NCBI GenBank assembly: GCA_964304625.1
Contig: OZ199838.1
Coordinates: 1,313,158-1,377,157 of the forward strand
Reading direction: 5' to 3'
DNA: 64,000 nt
Source: Kudoa neothunni
Lineage: Eukaryota; Animalia; Cnidaria
The translations under genes and the position numbers were made by a program. Under the pieces are notes generated by a model. The model did no database searches and was not told the origin of the DNA. It saw nothing but the letters and a program-made list of their open reading frames with translations. The stretch's first letter is position 1; every line of letters begins with the position of its first letter. Shown here in pieces: positions 15,169 through 29,358 of this stretch.

Positions 15169-15201
15169 TTATTTATATGTATATTTATTTATATGTATAT
15201 T

Positions 15202-15251
<50 letters not shown>

Positions 15252-15309
15252 TTTATTTATTTATATTTATATATATATATATATTTATTTATATTTATAT
15301 ATATTTATT

Positions 15310-15340
<31 letters not shown>

Positions 15341-15357
15341 TTATTTATATGTATATT

Positions 15358-15391
<34 letters not shown>

Positions 15392-15900
15392 TTTATTTAT
15401 TTATATTTATATATATATATATATTTATTTATATTTATATTTATTTATATTTATATTTATTTATATTTATATAATTGGGTGAAATTCCTTGGCATCGCTT
15501 TGAAGGTTCCAACCAATCTCAAGATTTAGACATTATTCAAATGTACATGTTTTGGGGAGAAATATAAAAATGATGGCTGGTTTAACATCTTTAAAACCGG
15601 AATCCTATAGAACTAAATTTTCATTTCTTAATAATTTATTATTAAGTCGTATAAATTGGACTCGTAGTTAACATTAATAAAGTTCTTTTTCTGGAACTTT
15701 GAATATTTTTTTAAATTAAATTTTTGAAATTAAAAGAGATCATTAAGAGTGATTGAGTTTGTAACCATAGAATTAATGTTGTTATTTGGATATTTGATAT
15801 TTTAAGCCAAAGTTTTCATTTCTTAATTGAGGGTTATTTTTTGAATCTCGTTATCATAGAGAGTGATAGAATAATTGTGGATTCATTTTTCTTCAATTCG
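14130..15900 (-). mobile_element. Degenerate Mutator-like (MULE) transposase remnant interrupted by a minisatellite
   Basis: Minus strand reads [14 protein letters not shown]|[16 protein letters not shown]...EFEIQSFNSFK..IKFCLFHL...TESFNCHL, matching MULE DGTF/QLY/DFE/C.FH/E motifs. Stops and frameshifts present; boundaries approximate. Confidence 0.7.
14820..15473. repeat. AT-rich minisatellite with a 16-bp unit (ATATGTATATTTATTT / ATATGTATATATATTT)
   Basis: Tandem array of about 650 bp with two interspersed 16-mer variants, decaying to (ATATTT)n/(ATTT)n at the right end. Confidence 0.95.
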
Positions 15901-17559
15901 CATGATACAATTGTGCAGAGATACTAAGCACTTTTTAGGGACAAAAACAAAAATGCGTAATAACCCTGCATTATTTAATATCCATATTTAGCGCGTGAGC
16001 ATATGATAATTTGGCGGGAGCACGACCATTTGTTTGCGTTTTTTATTTATTCTCTTGTTGCACTAATAATAACTTTGTGAGAGGTGTGAAAAATTTTTGT
16101 AATAATTTTTTTATTTTTCACGGAGTATTTTGAAAATAAATCAGCTAGTTTAAATCAAAATTATTTTTTCATCAAGAAATTCGGTATTTCTCTTGTTTTT
16201 AACGAAACTTATTTTATTTTGCAATATGAAAATTTTAACTTAGTTATGTGTTCCAGCATTTCGGTGTTATGGACCTTGAATAATTCCCTCATTTCTTTTA
16301 GATTTTCTATTTAATTTGTTCAATTCTAGACTAACTCTCGAAGCAAACTCATGGAACTGACCTCGACCGACAATTATAGGAATGTTCTCATTCGTGTCGC
16401 CCTTTATGTCATTGGATAATTTATTTTACTATATTATTGTACTCTCTGGGCAGCTTTATATTTCTCGTTCTCGAAAATTCTCTTCATTCATTCTTATATC
16501 GAGTAGGTTTGTACGTTATAAAACGGATAATTAGATATTAATAAATAAAATTATCCTTTTATATTTTATTTCACCGAAAATAGTGTATAGGATTAATTCT
16601 AGCGCTTCAAAACAAATGCTACAATTAGAAATAATTTATTACTATATGGAGTTTTTTAAATAAATTATGGATTATAAATAATTTTATAATGTATTATTAA
16701 TATATATTTGTGGTAGATAACACTTTGAAAAGCGATTTCACTATTTGCGAGAACAAGTTATCGACGAGTATTTTAAGATGATTGTTGATGCTATAATGAG
16801 TTTATTTATATGTTTTTACTATTCACAACCTTGATGATCTCGTTATACCACAGAATTCGAATTTCAACTTTTCTGTTCACTTAAATTTAGCTATATCATG
16901 GTCATCAAAAGTATGAAAGCCGTGCTTTGCGATTGTTCGTTTTTATACGCCAACTACCGCGTAACCACCTAATAAGATTGATAAAACTATCTGAGACCAA
17001 TATTGAAACATTTATAATCCTATTATGGGTTGTAAATAATAATTCCACTTACTCAAAACTGAATGTTGGTTTTGAATATGGCGAAATAATAATAAATATC
17101 GATATATCTATTTACTCAAACACATACCTCGAAGGAGATAATGAATAGAACTGTAATGATCTCATTTAATCTCATAATAAAACCAAAATATACGAAAATA
17201 ATAGTTACGAAATGATCAATGAGTTGACAGACTCATTGTGGAATTGACTATAACAAATTATATAATGAGTTTAATTCCTCTTTACAACAGTACGAAAATA
17301 CCAATACCTACTACTGTCTAAATTTTACTCAAAGCAATCAGTTTAAACCTAATTTTATTATTATTGCAGTAAAAATTATGACCTTTTTGCATTAAAACAT
17401 TCACAATTAATGGAAATAACATTAATGTTATAATCCTTAGAGCATGAACCATCGTTATGGAACGAGACAACATCCTATCTTAAAATAACCAAATTTAACA
17501 TATGACTCTATCGAGAGAAATATTTCAATTTCTTTATCTCCTATTATTTAAGAGTGGAG

Positions 17560-17900
17560 AAAATTCGATGATGTCCTAATATTAAAAATCAATCAATCAT
17601 GGCTCATTGGTAGGATCGATGAAGATAAAAATTTTTTCCTCAAAATATCACAATATAGAAACAGTAATGTTCTCGAAAAAATTACGCTAGATCATGATGA
17701 AGAGGGAACGACGGTTTGGGCTGATGGTTGACAATAGCCATCTGAAGGATTTGGGATTTATTCATAAAAAAATGATGCATAATTACAGGTCTGTCTCAAA
17801 TAAAGATATCTAAAATAACAAATTTAAGGAATGTGGGGACTTTCAGGATACGAAACAGAAATACAAAAAATAAACCATCAGAAGGGGTCGCGGACTATTT
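17560..17900 (+). mobile_element. Merlin/IS1595 (ISXO2-like) transposase remnant
   Basis: Reads NQSWLIGRIDEDKNFFLKISQYRNSNVLEKITLDHDEEGTTVWADG*...LGFIHKKMMHNY...GMWG, matching the Merlin pattern WVxG...GTxIxSDxW...HxxVNH...EGxW. Stops present. Confidence 0.65.
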
Positions 17901-19973
17901 TTTATTTCTTTGTTCAGTAACAAATATTGAAGAATTGTATTAACCGCATTATTTTAACTGATAAAAATGTAACAGTCGTTTAAAAATATAATTCCCATTT
18001 TTATCGACTGTGTTTTTTAGAATCGAGCTCAAGCGCAGATATTGTGTTTTAGCCAATAATTATTTTTTTAATTATCGCATAAAATAAATAATAACAGCGA
18101 GACATGACTTTTAAAATCATTGTTACAGGAATTTCTAAAAACAGATAAGGATTATTTGGAAAATAAATTTAAAAAAAGTACAATTCATTTTTGGCACTTG
18201 AGTCTATCTATATTTATATTCGCGACAATATATTAAATCATGATAATTTTAGTTATTAAAAAATATCTAAATGGTTATTTCAACATTTCTGATTTTTTAC
18301 ATTTACTCGAACACACTAATTTAAAAAATTATTTCAAATAATATAAATTTGCATTTAATTTACCTACAAATCTTTTTAAATCGATTATTTTACATTGTGA
18401 TGATAGCTATACTTTATTTTGGATATCATATCAAATATAATAGGTTATAATTTTTTATAAAGAGATGCACACATTTAAACTTCGAAAATAAGAACCAAAC
18501 AGTAATTAAATTTTTAATCTTCTACGTTTTACACAAATTCTGTTATAAAATTTTATCTACGAAATATAAATACACAAGAAAAATATATAAACTAAACATG
18601 AATTTTTTGCATAATTAATAATTGTCTAACTTGAAATACAAATAAATTTGTTAAATTCGTAAAATATAACAATTTTATTGAGCGCCTAAACTCTCTTTAC
18701 AATAAAATAATTACTTTGAAAAATAATTCAAATTCATGAAACGCGTGTATTAAAATATATGAAGTATAAAAATATCGCAAATTTTTGTATATAAAGTGAG
18801 ATTGCACGCGGGAAAGATTTTGTGCGAAATAGGATTTGGTTAATATAAAGTTTTTTCTTTTACAAAATGCCACATTCTGGAATGGATTATTCATTTTCAT
18901 AAGGAGAGGTTCATCATTAAATCAAATTTATGTTGCTCTCAAGATTTTGACAAATAAGTAATAAAAATCTTAATACATAATTTATTGAAATATTTAGAAT
19001 GATAAACCGCGTAAGAACTGTAATTTCTGTGAAATTCGGCATTACCAATATTTCTGATAGACGTGAAAATAGCAAGTTCTGCTCTATCATTTGAAATCAG
19101 TGCTGCAACAACATGAATAAGAGTCATAAATAGATTAAGGAAAAATTCTAATATTACCAGATTTTATCTATGTTAAATGAATTTTTTAATGAACATGGTT
19201 AAAAAAATACAAATAGTTATAATGACATAAATAAATTATTCCATCTAATACTCATAACACTAAAATTAAAGAATATATAATATTATTAATATACTGAAAA
19301 ATATTAATGTTTCATTAAACAATAAAAATAATCTTTTTTTCGCGCCAAGGAAAATTACAAACTCCTCGTATTCTGCTGTATACATAAGTGGATGAATAAT
19401 TAATAAACTGTCGGTCGTCAAACCTAACTGAAATAAGTATATTTTTTGATGTGAGATTATTGGGATCCCCTATTGCACAAAGTGTGGAATATACAGTATA
19501 TCTAATATATAAACCGAATAGAAAGTAACATTTTCTAAGGTTAATATTTTATACATTCCAGTGATATTGTGCAGTAATATTAATAATTATGTGAAAATGG
19601 ACTTAAAATAAAATCCATATTTTTTGATGAAGTATTGAAACCAAACCATAATACGAAATACAAAGATTTACTAAATTCGATCTTCAGATCCTAATGTTAG
19701 GTAGATACCGTTTAATAATCTATTAAATTTTTATAGTACCAAATCAACTAATAATATTAATATTTTAACAATAACTATGAATAAATAAGAAAAAAATGTA
19801 AGTAACATCTAAATAATACGACTCTTTATAAAGTCTTAAAAATGTCGTCATAATGATATACACAAAAAATGAGAAAATAATTTAACATTAGTTAAAACTA
19901 TAAATATAATGTACGTATAATTGGAAAAAGTAATGTTAGAGAAGATTTTATTGCAGCCATAGCACAAAATAAA

Positions 19974-22900
19974 TTATGAAGACCAAATCTTCAAAAATTC
20001 TCTAGTAATGCTGGCGCTCAAATCTTTTGGTGTTGTGCTCTTTTCAACACAGGAATCACACCAATACATTGCTTCCCGATGTGTCCCAGCATACTTCAAA
20101 GCCATGTATGTACCGAGAACGCAAGATGTGATCCCAAAAAGAATAACAATGTAACATCCAAATTTGGCAGGACTGTTTGGAAGCCATCCGCTACGTAAAC
20201 TGGCCATATAACCAAGAGCAGGAAAGACAAAACCTAGATTCATTCACTTAAATAATATTTATTATAGTCGATGATTTTTTGGTATTGTGATAATTTTAAT
20301 TGAAAAAACATTGAACTTTGCTGACTTAAGCCTTTATAAATTAGTCTAATACTTAAAGGACCTCCAAAAAGTGAACCCTATAAATGTTTAATTATCTTAA
20401 TAGAAACGTCTGTTTACCGATATAGCAACCACAGTGCCCAGATCAGTGACATGTGCAGCGATAAGGAACATAAGTGAGCAGATCAAAAATGTCACTCCAA
20501 TATGGATACTCCATCTAAAATCGAATCTTGCAAAAATTGGTGACAAAATAGCCTTTGATATAAAATTATACTAAAACAGCAAACATAATTTTATATACCT
20601 CTCGACAAGCGAAAATTTGACATGGACAAGTGAGTATAAGACTAAGAATGAATGCTAATCTTGCTGTAGTGATCACAATATTTTCAGGGCAATATGACTG
20701 CATGACATTGGCTGTATTTATATATGAACAATTTACAAGTAATGAAAAGGAGTTACAGTTGTTCACTTGTCCAGCGAATGACACGAACCCAGTCAAACCA
20801 ATGAACGAATAAAAGGTCAGTGTGAACAAGCATGTAAGATGAGAGGAAATGGAAAATCGTTTTGCGCATTTATTTTTTAAACACATGTATATGGATGGAA
20901 CGGCTTCTTGGCAGGAAAAACCTAAATAATGGAATTATTAAATTTTACGTAAAAGTTACACAATCCAATAATACTAAAAGATAGAAATGAAACGGTTTGG
21001 ACGAATCCAGGTTTCACAATATCCATAAAACCTTCGAAAATTATTCTAAAAGATGTCAATATAAAACTTGTTTAAATAGAAGTACATTTTTGGTGGATAA
21101 AACACAGCCTGAGATATTATCACACAAATGCAATACACAACAAGTAGCACAGAGAGCAGCGAAAACTGCGTAAAAATCAGTTAGAACAAAATTATCAAGA
21201 ATAAATACCTTATCGAGAAACGAAATATTTCTAAACGAGGAAACTGGGAATATAACCAAATAAATTGGAATAGAAAGGAGTACATAATTATTTTGAAGTA
21301 TACTGTATTGGGGCGCTTCAAATTATAGCTATATTATGTAAGAATACGATAGAATTACCTAAAAATGTGAATATATTCTTTAGACTTTCAACAATTAAAA
21401 TTCCTATCCCGAATATTGCTATTTGGAACTAGTTTAACACATTGCATTCAGCCTACTCGAAACATTACATAGCATTGGGGCGAAGGCTTGACAGAGTATT
21501 AGAGGATAGCACCCGAATTTTCCAAGTGTATCCAACATCATATCCTATATTGATTAAACGACACTTAGTTTAACTTCTAATAACTGGATAGGTTATCGCC
21601 TGTGTTGATTCTAAGGCTCTTCCCATAATAACCATTGTAAAATCTAAAAACAGATGAATTTAATAGGAGTTTATAATTTTTAATTAAAGATAATTCAGTG
21701 TGTATATTTAATAATTATACTTATTAACGATAAAATAAAATGATGTATTTAAAGTTGAGAACCTCAATAAGAATATTTCTGCAATTACAGAAAATAATTG
21801 AATTATTATTTATTCTCTTTATCTGGATAAAAGTTTGATTAAACCGTTACTCATACCCTTCAATCTAAATCTAAATTAATAAAGGTATAATTATATGTTG
21901 TTATATAATAAACTATATATAACATGAAAATTTATTTAAGACAGAATTCATGGAGAGGAATACATTTTCCATTTATGACGATCAAATAAAAATAATATCT
22001 TAGGAAATTCTATTGCATGATGATAAATTGGCTCAAAAGCCCCTACGTCCCCTCGCTTGTTATTATTATTCTTAACAATGTTATATTCGATGAAATATCA
22101 TAAATGTCTGTATCGATTTATAGATTTATAGCGTAGAATAAAAAAGGCATTCAAAATAGTCAGCTATTATAGTTAATCCTTCTAAAAAATAGTTTAAATT
22201 ATATTTTAAATAATAATACTAGTACCCTTAGAATAATTGACCAAATGTTGTATCTCTGTATGAATTCTTCCTTCCAAAAAAAGCTCATTATTAACTTTTT
22301 CCTACGATTGTGCGACCATTGCTAAAAATTAATCATCGTATTGACATAATCATTTAAAAAACTCGGCATATTTCTAAAATATTATCAGTTAAAAAATTTA
22401 AGATATTATCACTAACAATTCCTTTATTTTGTTGACATTTAAATATCAATATATGAAGAATTTGTGGTTTTTTTACCACAAGTCCGTTGAAAAGATGCAT
22501 TCGAAGATGAAAATTTATCGCTTTTTACCTTTATTGTCAAGTCACATACAAATAGATAAATCTCAATTCCTCCGAATCCACATTATTCTCACAAGGCAAT
22601 AACAACTAATCCACTTCATTGGATTATCTTTTAAAAACAAATATTTCTATTATCTCTCATTTATTTGTTTGTACATTAAAAATCTAAACCTATCGTTTCA
22701 TCATAAAGTAAATTTAAGAAAATCAAAAATAGATTATCCCATTTTTTAGTATTATAACTTCGATGTCTTATTTATTTTTGATAATATATTTTTTAATTTA
22801 GTTTGAGTTCGAATGTGCGCTGATAATTCGGACCTTTTCCCATCCATAGATGTCAGTAGATAAATGTTCTCATTCGCAAAATCAATTTCGATAATGGAAC

Positions 22901-23890
22901 CATAATAATAGGATATAAGGTTCTAAATTACATTATCGTTAAAGTTATTATCAATTTGTATAAAAATGGGGTTTTATTCAGTTGATTAATAACCTATTGT
23001 ATCACATATACGGCCATAAGAAGAAATATCCACACATTCACAGAAACTAGATATAATCGGTTAAAATTTTGTTTATAACCATAAATTAAACTGTGTAATA
23101 TTTGTAAGACTTATATCAATAAAAATGGCGAGAGATTTTTTCAAAAAGGTTTAATTTCAAATTTACCGTCATTCGAGACTAAGTAAGTTCTTTATGGAAC
23201 AATAACATTCTGCATTATCTGCTACATAAAGATATGAACGAATTAAAGGGTTTCTAAAACAAAACTAATCTTATATCTATATATCTATATATCTATATAT
23301 ATATATATATATATAGATGAAAATGAAAATGAATTTTTTACTACAAACTTGATAAAAAATGACGAATTTAATGCGAATACTATGAAACCCACCTTAATCT
23401 CATGGAATTATTTTGATATACAGTTACTATCTAACCCTCAATGAACAATAAACAATAGTAGACTTTTCCTCTATTGTATGATTAGTTTTTTGCTAGCAGA
23501 TAATATGATTTTATCGTGTTTCAGTTCCAAATTATGTGTTTATAAATAACCAAACCTGGTCTGAACATTCGAGGCCCTCATGCAATATTATGTCAAAGAA
23601 ATGAACCTGTAAGAATTCCAACCAATGAGACCAACATCAACGAAAGTGTAGCACCTCCCCATTGTAAGCTCATAGGTAGTGCTATTATAAATTCAAATAT
23701 TGCTCCCAAATAACGTTCATACTGGTAATGCCTGAACCGATAATGGTATTTGTAGCGTTCATAGAAGTTAAAAATAATCCACTAGACTTTTCTTTTTTTA
23801 CTATCACAACCTATTTTAAACAAATAATAATCGTAATGCAATGTAAAACTATTAACTAATTACGTCCTGAGAATTTTCATCAACGCTCAT
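19974..23890 (-). CDS. Amino-acid transporter (Aa_trans/SLC38 family), SLC38A11-like, multi-exon
   Basis: ATG at 23890 (MSVDENSQD|VVIVKKEKSSGLFLTSMNATNTIIGSGIT.LPMSLQWGG...LT|DFT). Later exons give FSCQEAVPSIY, FIGLTGFVSF, LTCPCQIFACRE and GSLFGGPLSFVFPA. Short GT-AG introns plus one ~2-kb intron. Confidence 0.85.
22820..23200 (-). mobile_element. Probable PIF/Harbinger transposase remnant in the large transporter intron
   Basis: Fragments DGK...YKS and VDISSYGRICD resemble Harbinger DGKH..NYK..VDVGxYGRxSD. Heavily decayed. Confidence 0.4.
23272..23316. repeat. Compound (ATATATCT)n/(AT)n microsatellite
   Basis: Directly visible tandem repeat. Confidence 0.85.
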
Positions 23891-24174
23891 CCTTGTTGAA
23901 AATATACGCAGGATTAGCTGGAATTTATCAACTAATTGTTGTAAGCACCACTAATAGTAGTATATCGCTGCATATTGAGCTTGTCAATCCTATTATACCC
24001 TCTAACGATTTTGGGGTAAATTTTATCCAAAAGCGATTTTGTATTGAGTATATCTTTTTATTTCATTTATTAAATCTCACCAAATTTTCGTCATTCCTGA
24101 AACATATAATGATTTTATTTTATCAAACAAATTGGGATTAAATAATGAAATGAAAAAATTTGATTTAAATATTA

Positions 24175-25507
24175 TCCTCTAACGTTTTTTGAGGTAAAAT
24201 TCACCCTACTTTTTTATTATTTTAATCTAAAAAATATCTTGTAAAAAATCAACTAATAAATTATTAGTTAAATAAAATGGATAGATTTGAAGAAAACAGC
24301 GAACAAAATGACTAGTTGGGTCAATGCGCATGTGCATCTAGTGCATAATTCTAAATAATTCTAAATGGATAACGTGAGTGATTTCATTGACGAATACACT
24401 TCATCTGGAAGTGAATTTGACGATCATTATATTGATAAAAGTGATATATCTGGCGAAGAATTAGATCTCATCGATATTAATTATAAACTTTAATTAGTGA
24501 AGTGGAATTATTTGGAGTTAAAGGTCACTTCATATGCTGTATCAACAATAAAATCATTCGTTGATTGTTTTTTGTTATTCTTAACTTAAATAATCCGTAA
24601 TATTATCATAAAGTATACCAAAATATGCTTGGAAATCATTATTTCAATGATGAGTGACATGATGCCAATAAAATTGAATTTGAAGGTTATGTAGATCTTC
24701 TAACATTAATAGCTATTCATAAAGATAGACAAGTACCACTCCTAATACTGTCATCGATGCGTCTAAAAATTTAAAACCACCCACGATAATGCATTACAGT
24801 TTATAATGCAATCAAGGGTGGGGTTGACAATGTGGATAGAATGCTGGCATCAATTTCGACCCAGAAGTATAAAAATAAAAGATGACCGCTTATCGTCTTT
24901 TTACGTGATTGATATCTCGTTGATTAATGCATTTGCATTATTCAATTTCATATTTAATTCAGGGAAAAAATTAAGGAGAAACTTTCTGAAAGAGATTTTT
25001 GAAGAATTGTACAATTCACTGTAAATAGAATCTCCAGAAAAATTATCAAAAGAAATCCAAATACATCTGATATTTGAATAAAAAACCGATTTTAAATAAA
25101 AAATCGTCGCGCTGAGATTATTGTGAAAGAGAAAATGGTGCCATGATTGCTGCATTTTTTATTTCTTCATTCATGCTTCGAAATTCTTGTAAAGTGCCAA
25201 AATTAATTTTTTTGCTTATTTTTGTTCTTTTTAATTTTTTGATGAGTTATTATTAGCTGATAACGTTACATTTATTTTGTAAACACTTGAGGAGAACGTC
25301 GATATATCCCGATAATATCATAATCGAGATTAGTTTGAGATTATTTGGCGTAATTAATGAAATATTCCAATGATTCTACACGTTTAAATTAAAAAATATT
25401 TTGATTTCCTAGATACATTATTTTTTTACTCACATCGGTACAATAAAAAAGTGGTGTAATTTTTATCGAAGTGTTGTAGGGGCACCGTTTTTTAGATTGT
25501 TAGAGGG
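24175..25507 (+). mobile_element. Internally deleted, degenerate piggyBac element
   Basis: Right end GTTAGAGGG|TTAA (25507) mirrors a worn left end TTATCCTCTAAC. Internal acidic N-terminus DEYTSSGSEFDD, YNAIKGGVDNVDRML..R*P and FYVIDISLINAF are piggyBac motifs. Confidence 0.75.
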
Positions 25508-26021
25508 TTAAAATCATAAAAAACCGTCGGTTTGATTTTGCGATATTAGCATTTTTTAAAATTATCTCATTACTTTATTTGATATCAATTTAGCCAATTC
25601 AATGTATTATTCAATCTAGAATATTGTCACTGGGATACATGTAAACGTTGAATTTTAATCTTTATACGGTGATTTTGGGAGTTATTACTTTCTATAAATT
25701 ATTGAAATATTCAAATAACACAATAACAATCAAATGAATATACCCTTCATTTTATCATCATGAAATATAATTTATTGAAAACTTTTTATGCCTTAATTAA
25801 TATTATTAAAAATTATCGATTCAATGACGTCATAAATAAAAATACTAATTTAGTTACTCCAAATAGCTAAAATAAAGAGGAATATATTCTAATCATTTGT
25901 AACAAAGAGTAGAACCCTTGAAATTTTAATTAATTTTAATTTATTTTACTAAAACTCTGAAAATTTGACCTTTAATAAATAATTTTAAGCCATTTTTTAA
26001 GAAAATTCTGAGTTTCATTAA

Positions 26022-27150
26022 CCCTCTAAGCAAAATGGGAAAATTTAATGCCCTAATTTTATCTGGAAAGTGAATTTTTCAACTATTTAAAGAGATAAAG
26101 ATGGCTCAACATTAATTTCATAACCGAATCACATATTTTTTTAAATTATTGATTTTAGATCCAATTATTTTATTCCAAAAATGATATTAATAATATTAAA
26201 AGATGATATAAATATTTTGAATTAAAAAAATAGCTTGAAAAGTAATAGTGATTATTTTAATAAAATTCCTTAAATTAGCTAATTTCAATTATTATGCTTT
26301 GAAAAAACACAACAATTTTTTTGGTCAACAGACAGCAAACCGAAAAGCGGCCCATCGCTTGTATTTGTTAGTTGTACTTTTTTAAATAAACTTATACCGC
26401 AATATGAATTCAATCGTAACTTCATTTCATTTAGCCTCTAAAATTAATTGAAGGTACAAATTACAACAATTGGTATCAATAATTTGATAATTTAATAATG
26501 TATAGTATAGATCATGAGAGGGCTTTCTAAATAAAGAATTGTATTATTAAGTTTTTTCTTAAACTATACGAGAGATAATGAGTAATTTATATTTCTAATT
26601 TTATTATAAACAATTTTTTATTTAAAAATTAGGATCATAATGTGCAAAGAATCATTGTAAAATCTAACTTATGGACAAAATATCGTCATAAAATGTGATC
26701 ATCAATAATTAAACTATTTTGATTTTTGTAACCTTAATAATGGATTATATTCCAACCGTATCAATACGTTTGAATATAATAATTCTATTTTAATATGATT
26801 ATTAAAAAGAATTTATGCTACATGGGGTTTAGAAAAATAATTTTTTCATTAGAACTAATTATTTCCCTTTTCGATCTAAAAGAATCTTGTTAGATTTCAG
26901 TTCATAAATCTACATGGATAGTAACGAGGATACCATTTCCACATATTTAAGGTCTATATATGCTTCTAAATCAGTCTTTCATAAATATATTGAGCATTTT
27001 GTATGTTAAATTTTTGTTAATCTAGATTTTTACTTTTAAATGATCAAGCTTTTTTTTATCATGTTAAATATAATTTATTCATTATTCACTTTTAAGATAA
27101 TATTTTCAGGTTTAATAAAAGTTCTAATATTATCTAGTAATATCAGATGG
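26022..27150 (+). mobile_element. Second piggyBac-type left end with decayed internal sequence
   Basis: TTAA|CCCTCTAA at 26018-26029, the same terminus as the 24175-25507 element. Weak YG.NI..KCD fragment near 26670. Right end not found. Confidence 0.35.
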
Positions 27151-29028
27151 CTAATGTATTTTTGTCAATTCTAAAGGAAAGAGTCAATATTTATTTTCAG
27201 ATTCCATTTTTAAAAATTTTTAATATATCTTAAAAATACACAGCATTATAATTGTTAAAGTTTAGGTTAGTTAAGTTACCAACATTCAAAATAATAATAT
27301 TTGGTATATGCCGATTATAAGAATATAGGTTCAGTTCTTTTCGTTCAGTAATTCGGCCGAATTACTTAAGATTATTTATACTTACCTTATTTAGCAGTAA
27401 ATTAAAATTTATTCTATTCAACATTAAATATCATTTGTATTTGCAGTAATGAACTGATACCTATATACATCTATTAATTAATTTTATTGGTTTTGATCAA
27501 AAACAATCGAGTAAATGTTGCATATTTATCATTAAAATGAAAAGCCTAATCACCATTTTACATATATTTTCTCTGGTTAAGTAAATCTAAATATTTTTTG
27601 ATCATTTTAACTTTATTTATTGATGAATTTATAAAATGTTAGTATTATGAATTATTATGTGGTATTTAAAGTATTATTTAATTTATTTATATAAATAAAG
27701 TAATTCTATAGCAATAATATCTAGATTACAAACTTTTTCATTTATTTGGTATCTTTATAATTTTTCTTACTGATTTATTTGATTGAATGAAACGGATTGA
27801 CTAAATCTTTTGTGAATATTGTAGAATAATCGTTTTATTACACCAGTGAATAACTTCAATTGTCATCTAAATTTATCGATTTTTATATCCACATTAATAA
27901 AGAAAAAACATGAATTAACTGTAAAAATGTAAATACACTTTTTCAAACATTTTTTGTACGATAATTTACTAAATTATTTATGTATAATTACGCTTCATCC
28001 GATTCTTGTTTACCTAACATCATGTTTCGAGGATTATCCATCATAACAATAAAATCGATTATAAAATTATCATAAATTTTGATTTTATTGATAGAATCGA
28101 CTGTATATATTATTTTCATTGAATATATTAAATTGAAATTATAATTTTTCACATACATTTATTATATAAGGCTAACTGCGGAAATGAGTCTATTTATGTG
28201 AAGATCTATTAACATTGCAGATAAATAATTATGTTACATAAAATTTGTTTAAAATTAACAATTTAGTTTATTTAAGTATTTTGTTGGATTACAATGATAT
28301 TCGTTTGACTGTAAGCTTTATAAAATCCTTCTAAATAGGAATTGTGTTCTTAATATTTATAGTTTTATTTTTGCTTAAATATTCCACGTTGAGCATCCAA
28401 AAATTCAAATAAAAGTTAGAAAAATTTTATATTTTTACGTTTTATTATTTTAATTAAGGATAGAACGAATTATTTACTTTCTTGTATTATAATAATTTAC
28501 AATAGTCATGACATTCGAATCATATTTGTGTATCTCATTACATATTATAGCTCATATTACGATAAATGTAGTACATTAATTCCGAAACTTTCGTAGTACT
28601 TAAAACTTTTATACTATTGAGATTAATGCGAAACAAATGGATTTCAGTTCAGATGAATTCGATTAAATTATACAATTATTAAGTAATAATTTAATCCTCT
28701 AAATAGTATAAATAACTGAAAATATGTAAAGTAAATAATCACTGTTTTTGAGAAGTAGGAATTTCCTTACATTGAATATGCTCAATTTGAAAATATTACT
28801 TCTAATTTGCCGTAACTATAATACATGTCTTTAGGTTTTAACTTTTATTATAGTTTTCACACTAAAGTTCACTCTCCAAAAATCAATTCAAGTACAATAA
28901 TTACCTTTGTAGATTAAGCAAAAAAAATTATTTTTTATTTACTTTTTCTGATGTATTAAAAACTATTTTGCTACGCATTATATGATATAAAATTTACATG
29001 GATTTATTTTTAATCTTATAAACATTAG

Positions 29029-29358
29029 CAAGATGATTTTGTTGTTCCCAAAACGGAAGACAAAACGCCAAAAGCAGAATTATTAAGTGAATTAGAGGAA
29101 GTTAAAGAAATACTTGAAAACGAAATGGAATTTATTTCCGAAAATGCAGATGACGAGCTAATACTACCAGAAGAAATGAAACCATCGGAATTGGATGTTT
29201 TTGAAACTCAATCTATGGATAATTTACTTCAATACAAAAGCGATTTTGTATTTGGAATGTTTTTACCTGGAGCACTTTCAAGTATGATTAAAGAGAGAAA
29301 ACGAAAACGTATAAGAACTCCATTTCCGCCTGGTCGTTATAGCAGAAATAATAATTAG
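29029..29358 (+). CDS. Terminal coding exon of an orphan acidic protein with a polybasic site (pro-peptide-like)
   Basis: Acceptor ACATTAG at 29022-29028 opens a 110-codon frame QDDFVVPKTEDK...ELEEVKEILENEMEF...KERKRKRIRTPFPPGRYSRNNN*. Upstream exons unresolved. Confidence 0.55.
   Translation, partial: QDDFVVPKTEDKTPKAELLSELEEVKEILENEMEFISENADDELILPEEMKPSELDVFETQSMDNLLQYKSDFVFGMFLPGALSSMIKERKRKRIRTPFPPGRYSRNNN

Noticed and set aside
14814-15529. Three overlapping 205-222-aa Y/I/F-rich ORFs
   Set aside because: Artefacts of the 16-bp minisatellite, which cannot form stop codons on the + strand.
16200-17560. Possible LINE reverse-transcriptase or other TE relic (NLDDLVI fragment)
   Set aside because: Too decayed to assign without a profile search.
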